A stretch of 46,502 nt of DNA, from the sequence record DRR723986_4729, one strand, 5' to 3'. The first letter of the stretch is position 1. Each line of letters starts with the position of its first letter. Below are positions 28,863-38,189 of this stretch, piece after piece. Position numbers and translations under genes: made by a program. The notes beneath the pieces were generated by a model that saw nothing but the letters and a program-made list of their open reading frames with translations, did not search any database and was not told the origin of the DNA.

Positions 28863-29602
28863 GTAAAATAATCTTAGAATCCCCAGTGTTCAATGTAGAG
28901 GCAGCTTTAGATGCAGCTCAATTTGGAGTGGATAGATTGGAGCTTTGTGCTAATTTTCCGGAGGGTGGAGAGACGCCAAGCATAGGAATGCTAAAATTTC
29001 TAAAGACAGAAATAGATATTCCTGTATTTGTAATGATCCGTCCAAGAGGAGGGGATTTCGCATACTCTCAAAAGGAATTGATGGTGATGAAGCGCGATAT
29101 AGAATTGCTTGGGGAGCATGGTGCTGATGGTTTTGTTTTTGGGGTTTTGGATAATCAGGGGTATGTGGATAGCGATTCTTGTAAAACTCTTTTACGAGCA
29201 GCCTCTGGAAAGCCATGTACTTTTCATCGTGCATTTGATGCTTCAGCTGATTTCTTTGATTCCTTGGAGAAAATCATTTCCTGTGGATTTGATAGAATAT
29301 TGACATCTGGAGGTAAAAATTCTGTAACCGAAGGGATGGATATCCTGAAAGAATTACTCGTGAAAGCTCAGGGTAGGATTAGTATTATGCCAGGTGGAGG
29401 AACTAAACCAGCGCATGTGTTGGAGTTGAGGAAAACTGGATTTTTGCAAGAAATCCACGCTTCCTGCAAGACTAGAATTCCTTCAGCTAATCAATTTGTA
29501 AACCCAGATTTGTCATTCTCTGATGATCCACAATCATTCACACACCATCTTAGAATTGACAAGGAAGTGGTTGAACAATTTTTGAAAGTGATAGCAGGAT
29601 AA
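28859..29602 (+). CDS. cutC: CutC family protein
   Basis: RLELC...GGETPS, MIRPRGGDF, TFHRAFD, RILTSGG. Confidence 0.92.
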   Translation: MSKIILESPVFNVEAALDAAQFGVDRLELCANFPEGGETPSIGMLKFLKTEIDIPVFVMIRPRGGDFAYSQKELMVMKRDIELLGEHGADGFVFGVLDNQGYVDSDSCKTLLRAASGKPCTFHRAFDASADFFDSLEKIISCGFDRILTSGGKNSVTEGMDILKELLVKAQGRISIMPGGGTKPAHVLELRKTGFLQEIHASCKTRIPSANQFVNPDLSFSDDPQSFTHHLRIDKEVVEQFLKVIAG

Positions 29603-29631
29603 GTCAAGTTACCTTCCTGTTTAATTAATTC

Positions 29632-29667
29632 AACAATGAGTCACTTAATTATAAGTGACTCATTGTT
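29632..29667. other. Perfect 16-bp inverted repeat (terminator or operator)
   Basis: AACAATGAGTCACTTA-atta-TAAGTGACTCATTGTT. Confidence 0.7.
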
Positions 29668-29803
29668 TGTAGAGGGGTTTAGTGTATTTTGAATTGATGA
29701 CGATTTTAAAAATATAGTACTGATTATATCTATTTTTTAAACTATAATTTTTAATTGTAGTATATATTCAGTAATTTATTCTTTCAACTTTAATTTTTAA
29801 TTT

Positions 29804-30265
29804 ATGGTAAAAAGTTATCAAGGGGTAAGGATGGCAGAGCCCAAAAAAGCCCCGATTCCACAAATTCTCGTCAAAGAGTATATGAGTACCAGTTTGATTA
29901 CTTTCAAGCCAGATGATACCATCGATCAGGTGATGGAGGTTCTCACCAAGCGGAAAATTTCAGGCGCACCTGTAATAGATGCATCCGGTGGGCTGGTTGG
30001 CATTATCTCAGAAGTGGATTGTCTCAAGGAGATAATCAAAGGGAAGTATACCAATACACCGAAGTTTCCAGCAAAAGTAAGTGAACACATGTCCGTTGAT
30101 GTGCTTACACTTTCTCCTGATTTATCAATATTCGATGCAGCATCTTTATTTTTAGAACATAAAATCCGAAGATTCCCAGTAATGAAAGATGGCGTGCTTT
30201 TAGGTCAAATAAGCCTTAGTGATATAATCAGAGCCTTCCCTACAATGAAACATACTACATGGTAA
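29804..30265 (+). CDS. CBS domain pair protein
   Basis: ISGAPV..GIISEVD and IRRFPV..GQISLSD. Confidence 0.92.
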   Translation: MVKSYQGVRMAEPKKAPIPQILVKEYMSTSLITFKPDDTIDQVMEVLTKRKISGAPVIDASGGLVGIISEVDCLKEIIKGKYTNTPKFPAKVSEHMSVDVLTLSPDLSIFDAASLFLEHKIRRFPVMKDGVLLGQISLSDIIRAFPTMKHTTW

Positions 30266-30289
30266 ATAAAAAATTGGTTTAAAATGTAC

Positions 30290-30325
30290 ATGCCCCTGAA
30301 GATAATGTATTCAGGGGCATTTTTT
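30290..30325 (+). terminator. Intrinsic terminator between convergent genes
   Basis: ATGCCCCTGAA...TTCAGGGGCAT followed by a T tract. Confidence 0.8.
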
Positions 30326-31496
30326 ATTTGGAGGAGTCTATTGCTCTTTCCACATCTTGTATGATATCTTCGTAGTGCTCCAGACCCACGGATAGTCTTA
30401 CTAGTCCATCCGAGATCCCTACCTGAGCTCTTTCTTCAGTAGATAGTTTGCTATGCGTAGTCGATGCTGGATGCGTCACTATACTTCGGCTATCTCCAAG
30501 ATTTGCTGTAATGGAAATCATCTGAAGTTTGTCTATAAATCGCTGAGCACGTTGTACTCCGCCTTTCAGGTCAAGTGTGATCACACCGCCTCCCTGGCTC
30601 ATTTGCTTTTTAGCTACTTCGTATTGAGGGTGTGACTTCAAGAAAGGATATTTTACGGCTAGCAATTCAGAGTTGCCTTCAAAATATTCAGCAACTTTCA
30701 GCGCGTTACTACAGTGTCTGTCCATTCTTAAGCCTAGGGTTTCCATACTCTTGGCAAGAATCCAAGCATTGAATGGAGAAATGGCAGGACCTGTATGTCT
30801 GGCAAAAAACTGCACTTCTTTCATCAAGTCGGCTTTTCCTAAGATCAAACCTCCAAGTACTCTTCCTTGACCATCAATGTATTTCGTCGCACTGTGAGTC
30901 ACAATATGTGCACCCCACTTAGTTGGTTGCTGTAAGTATGGCGTTGCAAAGCAATTATCAACAACTAGGATTAGGTTGTGTGCAGCAGCGAATTTTCCAG
31001 CCCATTCCAAATCGATTATTTCCAAACCTGGATTGGATGGAGTTTCAATAAATAGCATTTTGGTATTGGGCTGTACGAGTTTTTCCCAGTTTAGATAATC
31101 TGAAATATCTCCGTAGGTAGAGGTTATCCCCCACTTCGGAAACACTTTAGTCAACAGCTGGTGCGTAGAACCAAATAGGGAACGGGCAGCTAGTACATGA
31201 TCTCCTTGCTGAAGCAATGCGGCAATACTTCCAAACATCGCAGCCATTCCTGATGCGGTTGCAAACCCATCTTCAGTTCCTTCCGCTGCACAAACTTTCT
31301 CAATGAGATCACTGGAGTTGGGGTTGGCATACCTAGAATAGATATTTCCTTCTTTTTCATCAGCAAAGGTGGCTCTGGCTTCTTCGGCAGAGTCAAATGT
31401 AAAGCTAGATGTAAGGTAAATCGGAGCAGAATGCTCTCTCTGGCTGGATTTGGAAGGGGAGATCCGTACAGAATTAGTTTCGAAATGCTTACTCAT
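30324..31496 (-). CDS. metZ: PLP-dependent trans-sulfuration enzyme, O-succinylhomoserine sulfhydrylase-like
   Basis: YSRYANP, SGMAA, ETPSNP, DNCFATP, HSATKYIDGQGR, NLGD; SAM riboswitch upstream. Confidence 0.85.
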   Translation of the reverse strand: MSKHFETNSVRISPSKSSQREHSAPIYLTSSFTFDSAEEARATFADEKEGNIYSRYANPNSSDLIEKVCAAEGTEDGFATASGMAAMFGSIAALLQQGDHVLAARSLFGSTHQLLTKVFPKWGITSTYGDISDYLNWEKLVQPNTKMLFIETPSNPGLEIIDLEWAGKFAAAHNLILVVDNCFATPYLQQPTKWGAHIVTHSATKYIDGQGRVLGGLILGKADLMKEVQFFARHTGPAISPFNAWILAKSMETLGLRMDRHCSNALKVAEYFEGNSELLAVKYPFLKSHPQYEVAKKQMSQGGGVITLDLKGGVQRAQRFIDKLQMISITANLGDSRSIVTHPASTTHSKLSTEERAQVGISDGLVRLSVGLEHYEDIIQDVERAIDSSK

Positions 31497-31599
31497 TTAT
31501 TGATCAGTTAATATTTTGACATGACTAATCAAGCAGATTTGAGAAAATCAAACCCAAAAGCGGTAAACGAACTAAAAGGGATTATTGTGAAGTAAGCCA

Positions 31600-31700
31600 A
31601 TCTATAGTTCCCGCAAAGGGTAGGATTTGGCACCGTTCTCCGTTTCGGGATGGTTGCCAGAGGGTCATAGAGCCTAATCTCTCGCCTCTTCTTTATAAAT
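31600..31700 (-). ncRNA. SAM-I riboswitch aptamer
   Basis: Minus strand ATTTATAAAGAAGAGGCGAGAGATTAGGCTCTATGACCCTCTGGCAACC...GGTGCCAAATCC...TATAGAT; GCAACC/GGTGC core; upstream of a Met biosynthesis gene. Confidence 0.92.
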
Positions 31701-31769
31701 CAGTTGCCTGAAGTGATGCAAAGAAAGACCTAGATTTGGGGAAATCCAAATCTTATTTAATCAATTATG

Positions 31770-31900
31770 ATTATCCGCAATGTTACCAGTCACCTGAGAA
31801 TCTTTGCTTATCAGGTTGGAAGATCGTTGACCGATGTCGGGTCTTAAATTTAACATTACTTACATTGCTTTTGCCACGTTACTGGTTGAAAAGCGGATAT
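31770..31900 (-). repeat. Structured dispersed element, copy B (unknown ncRNA or MITE-like)
   Basis: Reverse complement is colinear with 17885-18048; TATCCGC/GCGGATA, ACCAGT/ACTGGT and CCTGA/TCAGG stems. Confidence 0.8.
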
Positions 31901-31909
31901 GCATATTAA

Positions 31910-32470
31910 TCAATCATTAAATTGATTCATGGTGCGATCAATTCCTGTCGCACAAAAACTTAGGGTCATTTCTATCGCTTTATCCATCATGGTGGGTAAT
32001 TCAGCGAATTCATCTTGGGTGAATTTCCCTAACACAAAATCGACTTGTCTACCTTTAGGAAAATCGTCTCCAATTCCCATTCTCAACCTTGGGTAGTTTT
32101 GTCCTCCTGTAAGTTCTTCGATATTTTTCAAGCCATTATGACCAGCAGCACTTCCTTTGGGTTTCATTCGAAGTTTCCCGAAGGGAATGGCTACATCATC
32201 TACGATTACTAAGGTGTTTTCCTTTGGGATTTGTAGTTCTTTCATCCAGTAGTTCATTGCTTTACCACTAAGATTCATATAAGTGGTTGGTTTGATTAGG
32301 TGAATTGTTCTGCCTTTAAACTTGAATTCTGTTTTGAAGGCAAGACGATCACTTTTCCATGAGCATTGCTTCGCATCTGCAAGTCTATCCACGGTCAAAA
32401 ATCCAATGTTGTGCCTGGTAAGTTCGTATTCTGGCCCTATGTTCCCTAGGCCTATGATTAAGTATTTCAT
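31910..32470 (-). CDS. pth: Peptidyl-tRNA hydrolase
   Basis: [30 protein letters not shown]. Confidence 0.97.
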   Translation of the reverse strand: MKYLIIGLGNIGPEYELTRHNIGFLTVDRLADAKQCSWKSDRLAFKTEFKFKGRTIHLIKPTTYMNLSGKAMNYWMKELQIPKENTLVIVDDVAIPFGKLRMKPKGSAAGHNGLKNIEELTGGQNYPRLRMGIGDDFPKGRQVDFVLGKFTQDEFAELPTMMDKAIEMTLSFCATGIDRTMNQFND

Positions 32471-32496
32471 CTTTTGTAGCTATCCGGCTTGAAAAT

Positions 32497-32528
32497 AAAA
32501 AATCCTGCCCAGTTATGGGCAGGATTTT
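32497..32528 (-). terminator. Intrinsic terminator after rplY
   Basis: Minus strand AAAATCCTGCCCA-taac-TGGGCAGGATTTTTT. Confidence 0.85.
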
Positions 32529-32548
32529 GAATGATTAAGAAGTTGAGA

Positions 32549-33127
32549 TTATTCTTCTCCGCCTTTCTTGCCTCTAAGTGCTCTTGGAATACCAATAGTC
32601 ACGATAGAAACATTTGGACTAGTAAGAATTTCAAAGCCTTCTACATTTAAGTCCTCAACCTTGAAAGATTTACCTAAATCAAGGTTAGAAATATCAACAG
32701 GGATGACGTCCGGGAAATCTTTTGCAAGACCTTTAACTTTCAATACCCTAGTTTTTAATTCTAATTTACCACCTTTTGCAAGTCCTGGAGAGCTTCCTGA
32801 TACTTTAACAGGGATCTCAAACTTGATAGGCTTGTCTTCTGCATATGCTACGAAGTCAGCATGCATCAGCATTTCACTAACTGGATGAAACTGTGCGTCT
32901 TTCAATACTGCCTTGATGATAGTTCCTTCGATATTCAAAGAAACCATATGAACTTCAGGAGTGTATATCAAGTCTCTGAATAGGATGATTGGAGAGTAGA
33001 AGTGAATCTGCTCTTTGATACCAGGTCCGTAAACCACGCAGGGAACATTACCTGATTCTCTCAATTCAGAAAGACTGGCACTGTCGAGATTTGCTCTTTT
33101 AAACCCTATAATCTCTAGATTTTTCAT
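32549..33127 (-). CDS. rplY: 50S ribosomal protein bL25/Ctc
   Basis: LRESGNVPCVVYG, QFHPV..HADF; prs-rplY-pth synteny. Confidence 0.96.
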   Translation of the reverse strand: MKNLEIIGFKRANLDSASLSELRESGNVPCVVYGPGIKEQIHFYSPIILFRDLIYTPEVHMVSLNIEGTIIKAVLKDAQFHPVSEMLMHADFVAYAEDKPIKFEIPVKVSGSSPGLAKGGKLELKTRVLKVKGLAKDFPDVIPVDISNLDLGKSFKVEDLNVEGFEILTSPNVSIVTIGIPRALRGKKGGEE

Positions 33128-33239
33128 ATGTAATTATTGATTTTTAATTGTCATATGGAATCTCGCATTATGGATTACATCCCTCCTTGAGATGCTTTTC
33201 CAAGCTCGATTTCATAGTGTATTTGTATTAAATTGGTTC

Positions 33240-34166
33240 TTATATAAACAAAGAACTGATAGAAGTATTTCCAGTCACGGCATGAATTGCCTTTGCGAAA
33301 AGATCTGCTACTGTCAATACTCTGATTTTGGATGATTGTTGTTTTGGGAAGATGGTGTCAGTGATGACCAATTCTTCTAAAACTGAGTTTTCGATGTTTT
33401 CGTAAGCTTTTCCTGAGAGAACTCCATGTGTTGCAATGGCTCTTACAGAATTAGCTCCTTTCTCCATGACCATTTCGGCTGCTTTGCAGAGTGTGCCTGC
33501 TGTGTCCACCAAATCGTCTACAAGTATAACGTCCTTACCCTCTACATCCCCGATTACTTGCATTGAAGCAATCTCGTTGGCTCTTTTTCTGTGCTTATCA
33601 CAGACGACCATTTCTACTTCAAAATGCTTAGCATAAGCTCTGGCTCTAGCCACTCCTCCTACATCTGGTGATGCAAAAATCATGTCCGGCAGCCTTAGCG
33701 AATTCAAATAGGGCACAAAAATAGCTGATCCATTTAAATGATCCAAAGGTATGTCAAAAAAACCTTGAATTTGTCCGGCATGTAAGTCGCAAGTCATAAT
33801 GCGATCTGCTCCTGCTGAAGTGATCATATTGGCAATTGCTTTTGCAGCAATACTAACTCTAGGCCTATCTTTCCTGTCTTGTCGGGCATATCCAAAATAA
33901 GGAATTACCGCACAAACTTTATACGCACTGGCTCTTTTGGCTGCATCTATCATCAGACATAGCTCCAAAAGATTATCGCTGGGCGGTGTAGTACTTTGGA
34001 CCAAAAAGACCGTACAGCCCCTAATGGATTCATCAAAGCTGGGAGATAATTCACCGTCACTAAACTTAGAAAGGGTGAGATCACCTAGCTTTTTGCCATA
34101 GTTTTTAGCTACTTTTTGTGCAAGAGTTTGGCTGTTAGTGCCTGAAAAGATTTTAACCTCGGACAT
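33240..34166 (-). CDS. prs: Ribose-phosphate pyrophosphokinase
   Basis: FSDGE, PYFGYARQDRK, DLHAGQIQGFF, VDDLVDTAGT. Confidence 0.98.
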   Translation of the reverse strand: MSEVKIFSGTNSQTLAQKVAKNYGKKLGDLTLSKFSDGELSPSFDESIRGCTVFLVQSTTPPSDNLLELCLMIDAAKRASAYKVCAVIPYFGYARQDRKDRPRVSIAAKAIANMITSAGADRIMTCDLHAGQIQGFFDIPLDHLNGSAIFVPYLNSLRLPDMIFASPDVGGVARARAYAKHFEVEMVVCDKHRKRANEIASMQVIGDVEGKDVILVDDLVDTAGTLCKAAEMVMEKGANSVRAIATHGVLSGKAYENIENSVLEELVITDTIFPKQQSSKIRVLTVADLFAKAIHAVTGNTSISSLFI

Positions 34167-34210
34167 GGTTAGTTGTTTTTTTCGGGAAAGATGTGGAATG
34201 GATTTAAGAT

Positions 34211-34218
34211 CAAAAGTA
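34211..34218 (-). promoter_or_regulatory. Bacteroidota -7 promoter box of prs operon
   Basis: TACTTTTG on minus strand. Confidence 0.6.
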
Positions 34219-34558
34219 ATAATTTTTGAATGGATGGCTATGATACTTGTTGTTGATTCAGAATATAATTTTGGTTTATGGGAGGATTAAGCACATTCTG
34301 AGAATTTTTATGTCGTACAAAATTTAATGGTACATGGAATAAATTTTAAAATTTATACAAAGCTCTACTTTACAGTTGATGCTTCTAATTATTGCTATTT
34401 CTTGATATTGAGTTACATCTTCTAATAGTTGTACTTTTTTTTACTCAATTTTCCGATCCTGTAAAATTTCGATAAAACTGGCATTCATTCAATGATGGCC
34501 TCTTTTTTCATACTATTTTAGAATGCGAAATATCAGAATTATATCAACCCATATACAT

Positions 34559-37255
34559 ATGAGATTAAAAATTACACTAATAATACTGCTTACTTCTTTG
34601 ACACTCGGAGTATTTGCGCAGTCTGTCCCAACACCAAAATCCCACTTTGGTTTTAACATAGGAGATGATTACCAGCTTGCCAATTTTACTCAGACTGAGG
34701 CTTATTTTAAGAAAGTGGCTGATGCGAGTGATCGGGTGAAAATGCTTGAAATAGGCAAAACCGAATATGGGAGATCTCAGCCTATGATGATTGTGACGGC
34801 TCCAGACAACTTCGAAAAACTCGATCGATACAAGGAAATTTCACAGACTCTTGCGCATGCTGAAATAACAAAAGAGGAAGCAGAAAAACTTTCTATCGAA
34901 GGTAAACCAGTGATTTGGATCGATGGTGGTCTGCATGCTAACGAGGTGGTAGGTCCACACCAGTTGATCGAAACGCTATATCAACTAGCATCTAGAGATG
35001 ATGCTGAGACTTTGAAAATCTTAGATAATGTCATTATTCTACTGGTGCATGCTAATCCGGATGGGATGGAAATCATGTCTGACTGGTACATGAGAAAAGA
35101 AGATCCAAAAGAGCGCGATCAAAATATCCCTATTCTCTATCAGAAATATGTAGGACACGATAACAACCGTGATTTCTATATGAATAATATGAGTGAGGCG
35201 GCTAATATGTCACTTCAGCAGTATGTAGAGTGGATTCCTCAGGTAATTTACAATCACCATCAGACTGGCCCGGCAGGAACCGTAGTGGCTGGCCCTCCAT
35301 ATAGGGATCCATTCAATCACGTGTTTGATCCGCTGATCATCACTAGTCTTGATGCAGTAGGCGCTGCTATGATCAATAGAATGCACCAAGAAGATCGGCC
35401 TGGCTATACCAGACTAGATGGATCAGTTTTTTCCACTTGGTGGAATGGTGGCTTGCGCACAACACCTTATTATCATAATATCATAGGGATACTGACTGAA
35501 ATCATAGGCAATCCTACGCCTATGGAGATACCTTTGGTACCAGAGCGTTTGATTCCGAATAACGGAACTCCGTATCCGGTCACTCCTCAGGAATGGCATT
35601 TTAGACAGTCGATTGATTATTCAGTCTCCTTGAATTATGCAATCTTCAACCATGCCGTTCGTCACGGAGATGAATTGCTTATGAATATTTATTTAATGGG
35701 TAGGAAGTCTATTGACAAAGGCAGCCAAGATAACTGGACTATGTATCCTAAATATGCGCAAGCTGTCGAAGATGCATTCAAAGAAGCTCAGAAAAGCAAG
35801 GGAGATGAAAATAGCACTAGATCAAGATTCCCGACACAATTCTATGACACCGTTTATACAGACCCTGCTAATCGGGATCCTAGAGGTTATATTCTTTCTG
35901 CAGATCAACCTGATTTTCCTACAGCAGTGAAGTTCATGAATGCGCTGATCAAGTCGGGTATTTTGGTGGAAAAGGCTACAGAGGAATTTACTGTAAATGG
36001 TAAAACCTATCCTGCTAATTCATTTATCGTGAAAACTGCCCAAGCATTCCGCCCCCACGTGATTGACATGTTTGAGGCGCAAGATCATCCAAATGATTTT
36101 CTCTACCCTGGTGGACCTCCAATTCGTCCGTATGATGCAGCAGGCTGGACATTAGCTTTGCAAATGGGAGTGGAAGTAGATAAATTATACGAAGGTTTTG
36201 AAGGTCCATTTGAGCGAATCCCATACGGTGAAATCCAATCACCGCCTTCCAAAGTCCTTGCAAATGGTTCTGGTTATTTACTTGATGCCAGAAACAATAA
36301 CAGTTTTATGGCAGTGAATGATTTGCTAAAAGCCAAAGTAAAGGTCTATAGAACTGTTGCTCCCGTCGATGGCTTGCCTACAGGCTCGTTTTATGTGAGT
36401 GGGGGTAAAAAGGAGTTGGAAGTGGCAGCCAAAGAGTATGGTGTGTATCCTGTGCCTGCCTCTATGCCCAAAAACGCTACCCAGATTCAACCAGCACGAA
36501 TTGGTTTGTATGACTACTACGGTGGGTCTATGCCTTCAGGTTGGGTTCGTTGGATGATGGAGCAATTCCACTTTGATTACCAATTGATTTTCCCAGAAGA
36601 AATAAATGCTGGCGGTCTGAATGATAAATATGATGTTTTATTGTTTATCAGTTCAGGAATTCCTTCAGTTGGTTCTAGGGGCTATGGTAGATCACAACCC
36701 AAGCCAGAAGAAATCGATGAGAAGTATCGACATATGTTAGGGAGCTTCACGGCAGAAGAGTCTGTTCCTCAATTGAAAGAATTTATTGAAAATGGTGGTG
36801 AGGTTATTTCGGTAGGCTCAGCTACAGAACTTGCCTTTCACTTTGGATTGCCAGTAGAGGACGCACTTGTAGAAGTCGATGCCAATGGCAAAGCCAGATC
36901 GCTGAGCGGAGAGAAGTATTATGTGCCAGGTTCTGTGTTGGAAATGCACGTAGATAATTCTGTACCGATCAACTATGGGATGGGAGAAGAAGCTTATATC
37001 ATGTTCAATAGAAGTCCGGTATTCAAATTGGCACCTTCTGCTGCAAATAAGGGGGTAAAACCAATTGCTTGGTTTGGAGAAGAGGAGCCATTGAGAAGCG
37101 GATGGGCATGGGGGCAATCCTATCTGAAAAATGGTGTCACCGCCTTTGAAGCTAAAATAGGAAAAGGAAAGTTCTATGCTTTTGGGCCAGAGATTACCTT
37201 CAGAGCTCAGTCACATGGTACGTTTAAGATGCTCTTCAATGGCTTATATAAATAG
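34559..37255 (+). CDS. Secreted M14 zinc carboxypeptidase family protein
   Basis: HANE zinc motif, NPDG, DNNRD, HHQ; signal peptide from ATG at 34559. Confidence 0.9.
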   Translation: MRLKITLIILLTSLTLGVFAQSVPTPKSHFGFNIGDDYQLANFTQTEAYFKKVADASDRVKMLEIGKTEYGRSQPMMIVTAPDNFEKLDRYKEISQTLAHAEITKEEAEKLSIEGKPVIWIDGGLHANEVVGPHQLIETLYQLASRDDAETLKILDNVIILLVHANPDGMEIMSDWYMRKEDPKERDQNIPILYQKYVGHDNNRDFYMNNMSEAANMSLQQYVEWIPQVIYNHHQTGPAGTVVAGPPYRDPFNHVFDPLIITSLDAVGAAMINRMHQEDRPGYTRLDGSVFSTWWNGGLRTTPYYHNIIGILTEIIGNPTPMEIPLVPERLIPNNGTPYPVTPQEWHFRQSIDYSVSLNYAIFNHAVRHGDELLMNIYLMGRKSIDKGSQDNWTMYPKYAQAVEDAFKEAQKSKGDENSTRSRFPTQFYDTVYTDPANRDPRGYILSADQPDFPTAVKFMNALIKSGILVEKATEEFTVNGKTYPANSFIVKTAQAFRPHVIDMFEAQDHPNDFLYPGGPPIRPYDAAGWTLALQMGVEVDKLYEGFEGPFERIPYGEIQSPPSKVLANGSGYLLDARNNNSFMAVNDLLKAKVKVYRTVAPVDGLPTGSFYVSGGKKELEVAAKEYGVYPVPASMPKNATQIQPARIGLYDYYGGSMPSGWVRWMMEQFHFDYQLIFPEEINAGGLNDKYDVLLFISSGIPSVGSRGYGRSQPKPEEIDEKYRHMLGSFTAEESVPQLKEFIENGGEVISVGSATELAFHFGLPVEDALVEVDANGKARSLSGEKYYVPGSVLEMHVDNSVPINYGMGEEAYIMFNRSPVFKLAPSAANKGVKPIAWFGEEEPLRSGWAWGQSYLKNGVTAFEAKIGKGKFYAFGPEITFRAQSHGTFKMLFNGLYK

Positions 37256-37270
37256 AATAGCAATTCTGTA

Positions 37271-37310
37271 AAAAGAAAAACCGCCTCTATCAAGGCGGTT
37301 TTTCTTTTTT
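37271..37310 (+). terminator. Intrinsic terminator
   Basis: AAAAGAAAAACCGCCT...AGGCGGTTTTTCTTTT. Confidence 0.85.
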
Positions 37311-37420
37311 AAAAGGTGCACTGGTTAAAAAGTTTAGAATGATTTATTACTTTCTTTAGTTATATGCGTATGCTATAATTGGCTAATTAAAACGCCAAAT
37401 ACTTTTAATATAGATATCAA

Positions 37421-38137
37421 ATGGACTCGTATTTACATTATGCCCATGCCGAACTCGCGCTTTGGCAGTATAGAATGAAAAAGAAGCCAAGTCTCGGCGG
37501 GCGCTTAACGCATGGGGTACAGAATAAAATCAATAGCTGGATTCCTGAAAAAGTCCACAAAGTAGTGACAGCAGCCATTGAGAATATGGTGAAAGTAGTA
37601 CTTACTGGCTCGAGCTGGATTGTGCCAAAACCAGATGAGAGTTTGACTTTAAAGCAGCGGGAATTCAAAGTAAGAAGTAGAATCAAGTGGTATAGAAATA
37701 CTGCTTCCGTTGAAGGCGCGGTGACCGGAGCTGGAGGAATATTGATGGGTTTTGCAGATTTTCCGGCGTTTCTGACGATCAAAATGAAGATGCTTTTTGA
37801 TATAGCAGCTCTTTACGGTTTTGATACAAAAGATTTTCAAGAGCGTTTGTTTCTCCTTTATGTTTTTCAGCTAAGTTTCTCATCCCAGCACAGGAGGAAT
37901 GATCTGATTGGGCTTATTGAAAACTGGGAAGAATATAGAAGTACTTTGCCAAAAGACTTCAAGGAGTTTGACTGGAAGACCTTTCAACTGGATTATAGAG
38001 ACTACATCGACCTCGCCAAGCTAGCACAATTAATTCCAGTTGTGGGAGCCGGAGTGGGTGCAATAGCGAATTATCGCTTGACTGAGCATTTAGGTAGATA
38101 TGCAATGAACGCATATAGATTACGTGTGTTAGAGTAA
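37421..38137 (+). CDS. EcsC family protein
   Basis: EGAVTGAGG..ADFPA, IAALYGFD, KLAQLIPVVGA. Confidence 0.88.
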   Translation: MDSYLHYAHAELALWQYRMKKKPSLGGRLTHGVQNKINSWIPEKVHKVVTAAIENMVKVVLTGSSWIVPKPDESLTLKQREFKVRSRIKWYRNTASVEGAVTGAGGILMGFADFPAFLTIKMKMLFDIAALYGFDTKDFQERLFLLYVFQLSFSSQHRRNDLIGLIENWEEYRSTLPKDFKEFDWKTFQLDYRDYIDLAKLAQLIPVVGAGVGAIANYRLTEHLGRYAMNAYRLRVLE

Positions 38138-38189
38138 TAGTTTGGCTTGGTCAAACTGTGTTTTAGTAATATGAAATAATTCAACGCGT

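Noticed and set aside
34200-34520. AT-rich spacer as replication origin or sRNA
   Set aside because: No DnaA-box cluster or stable structure seen; explained by divergent promoters
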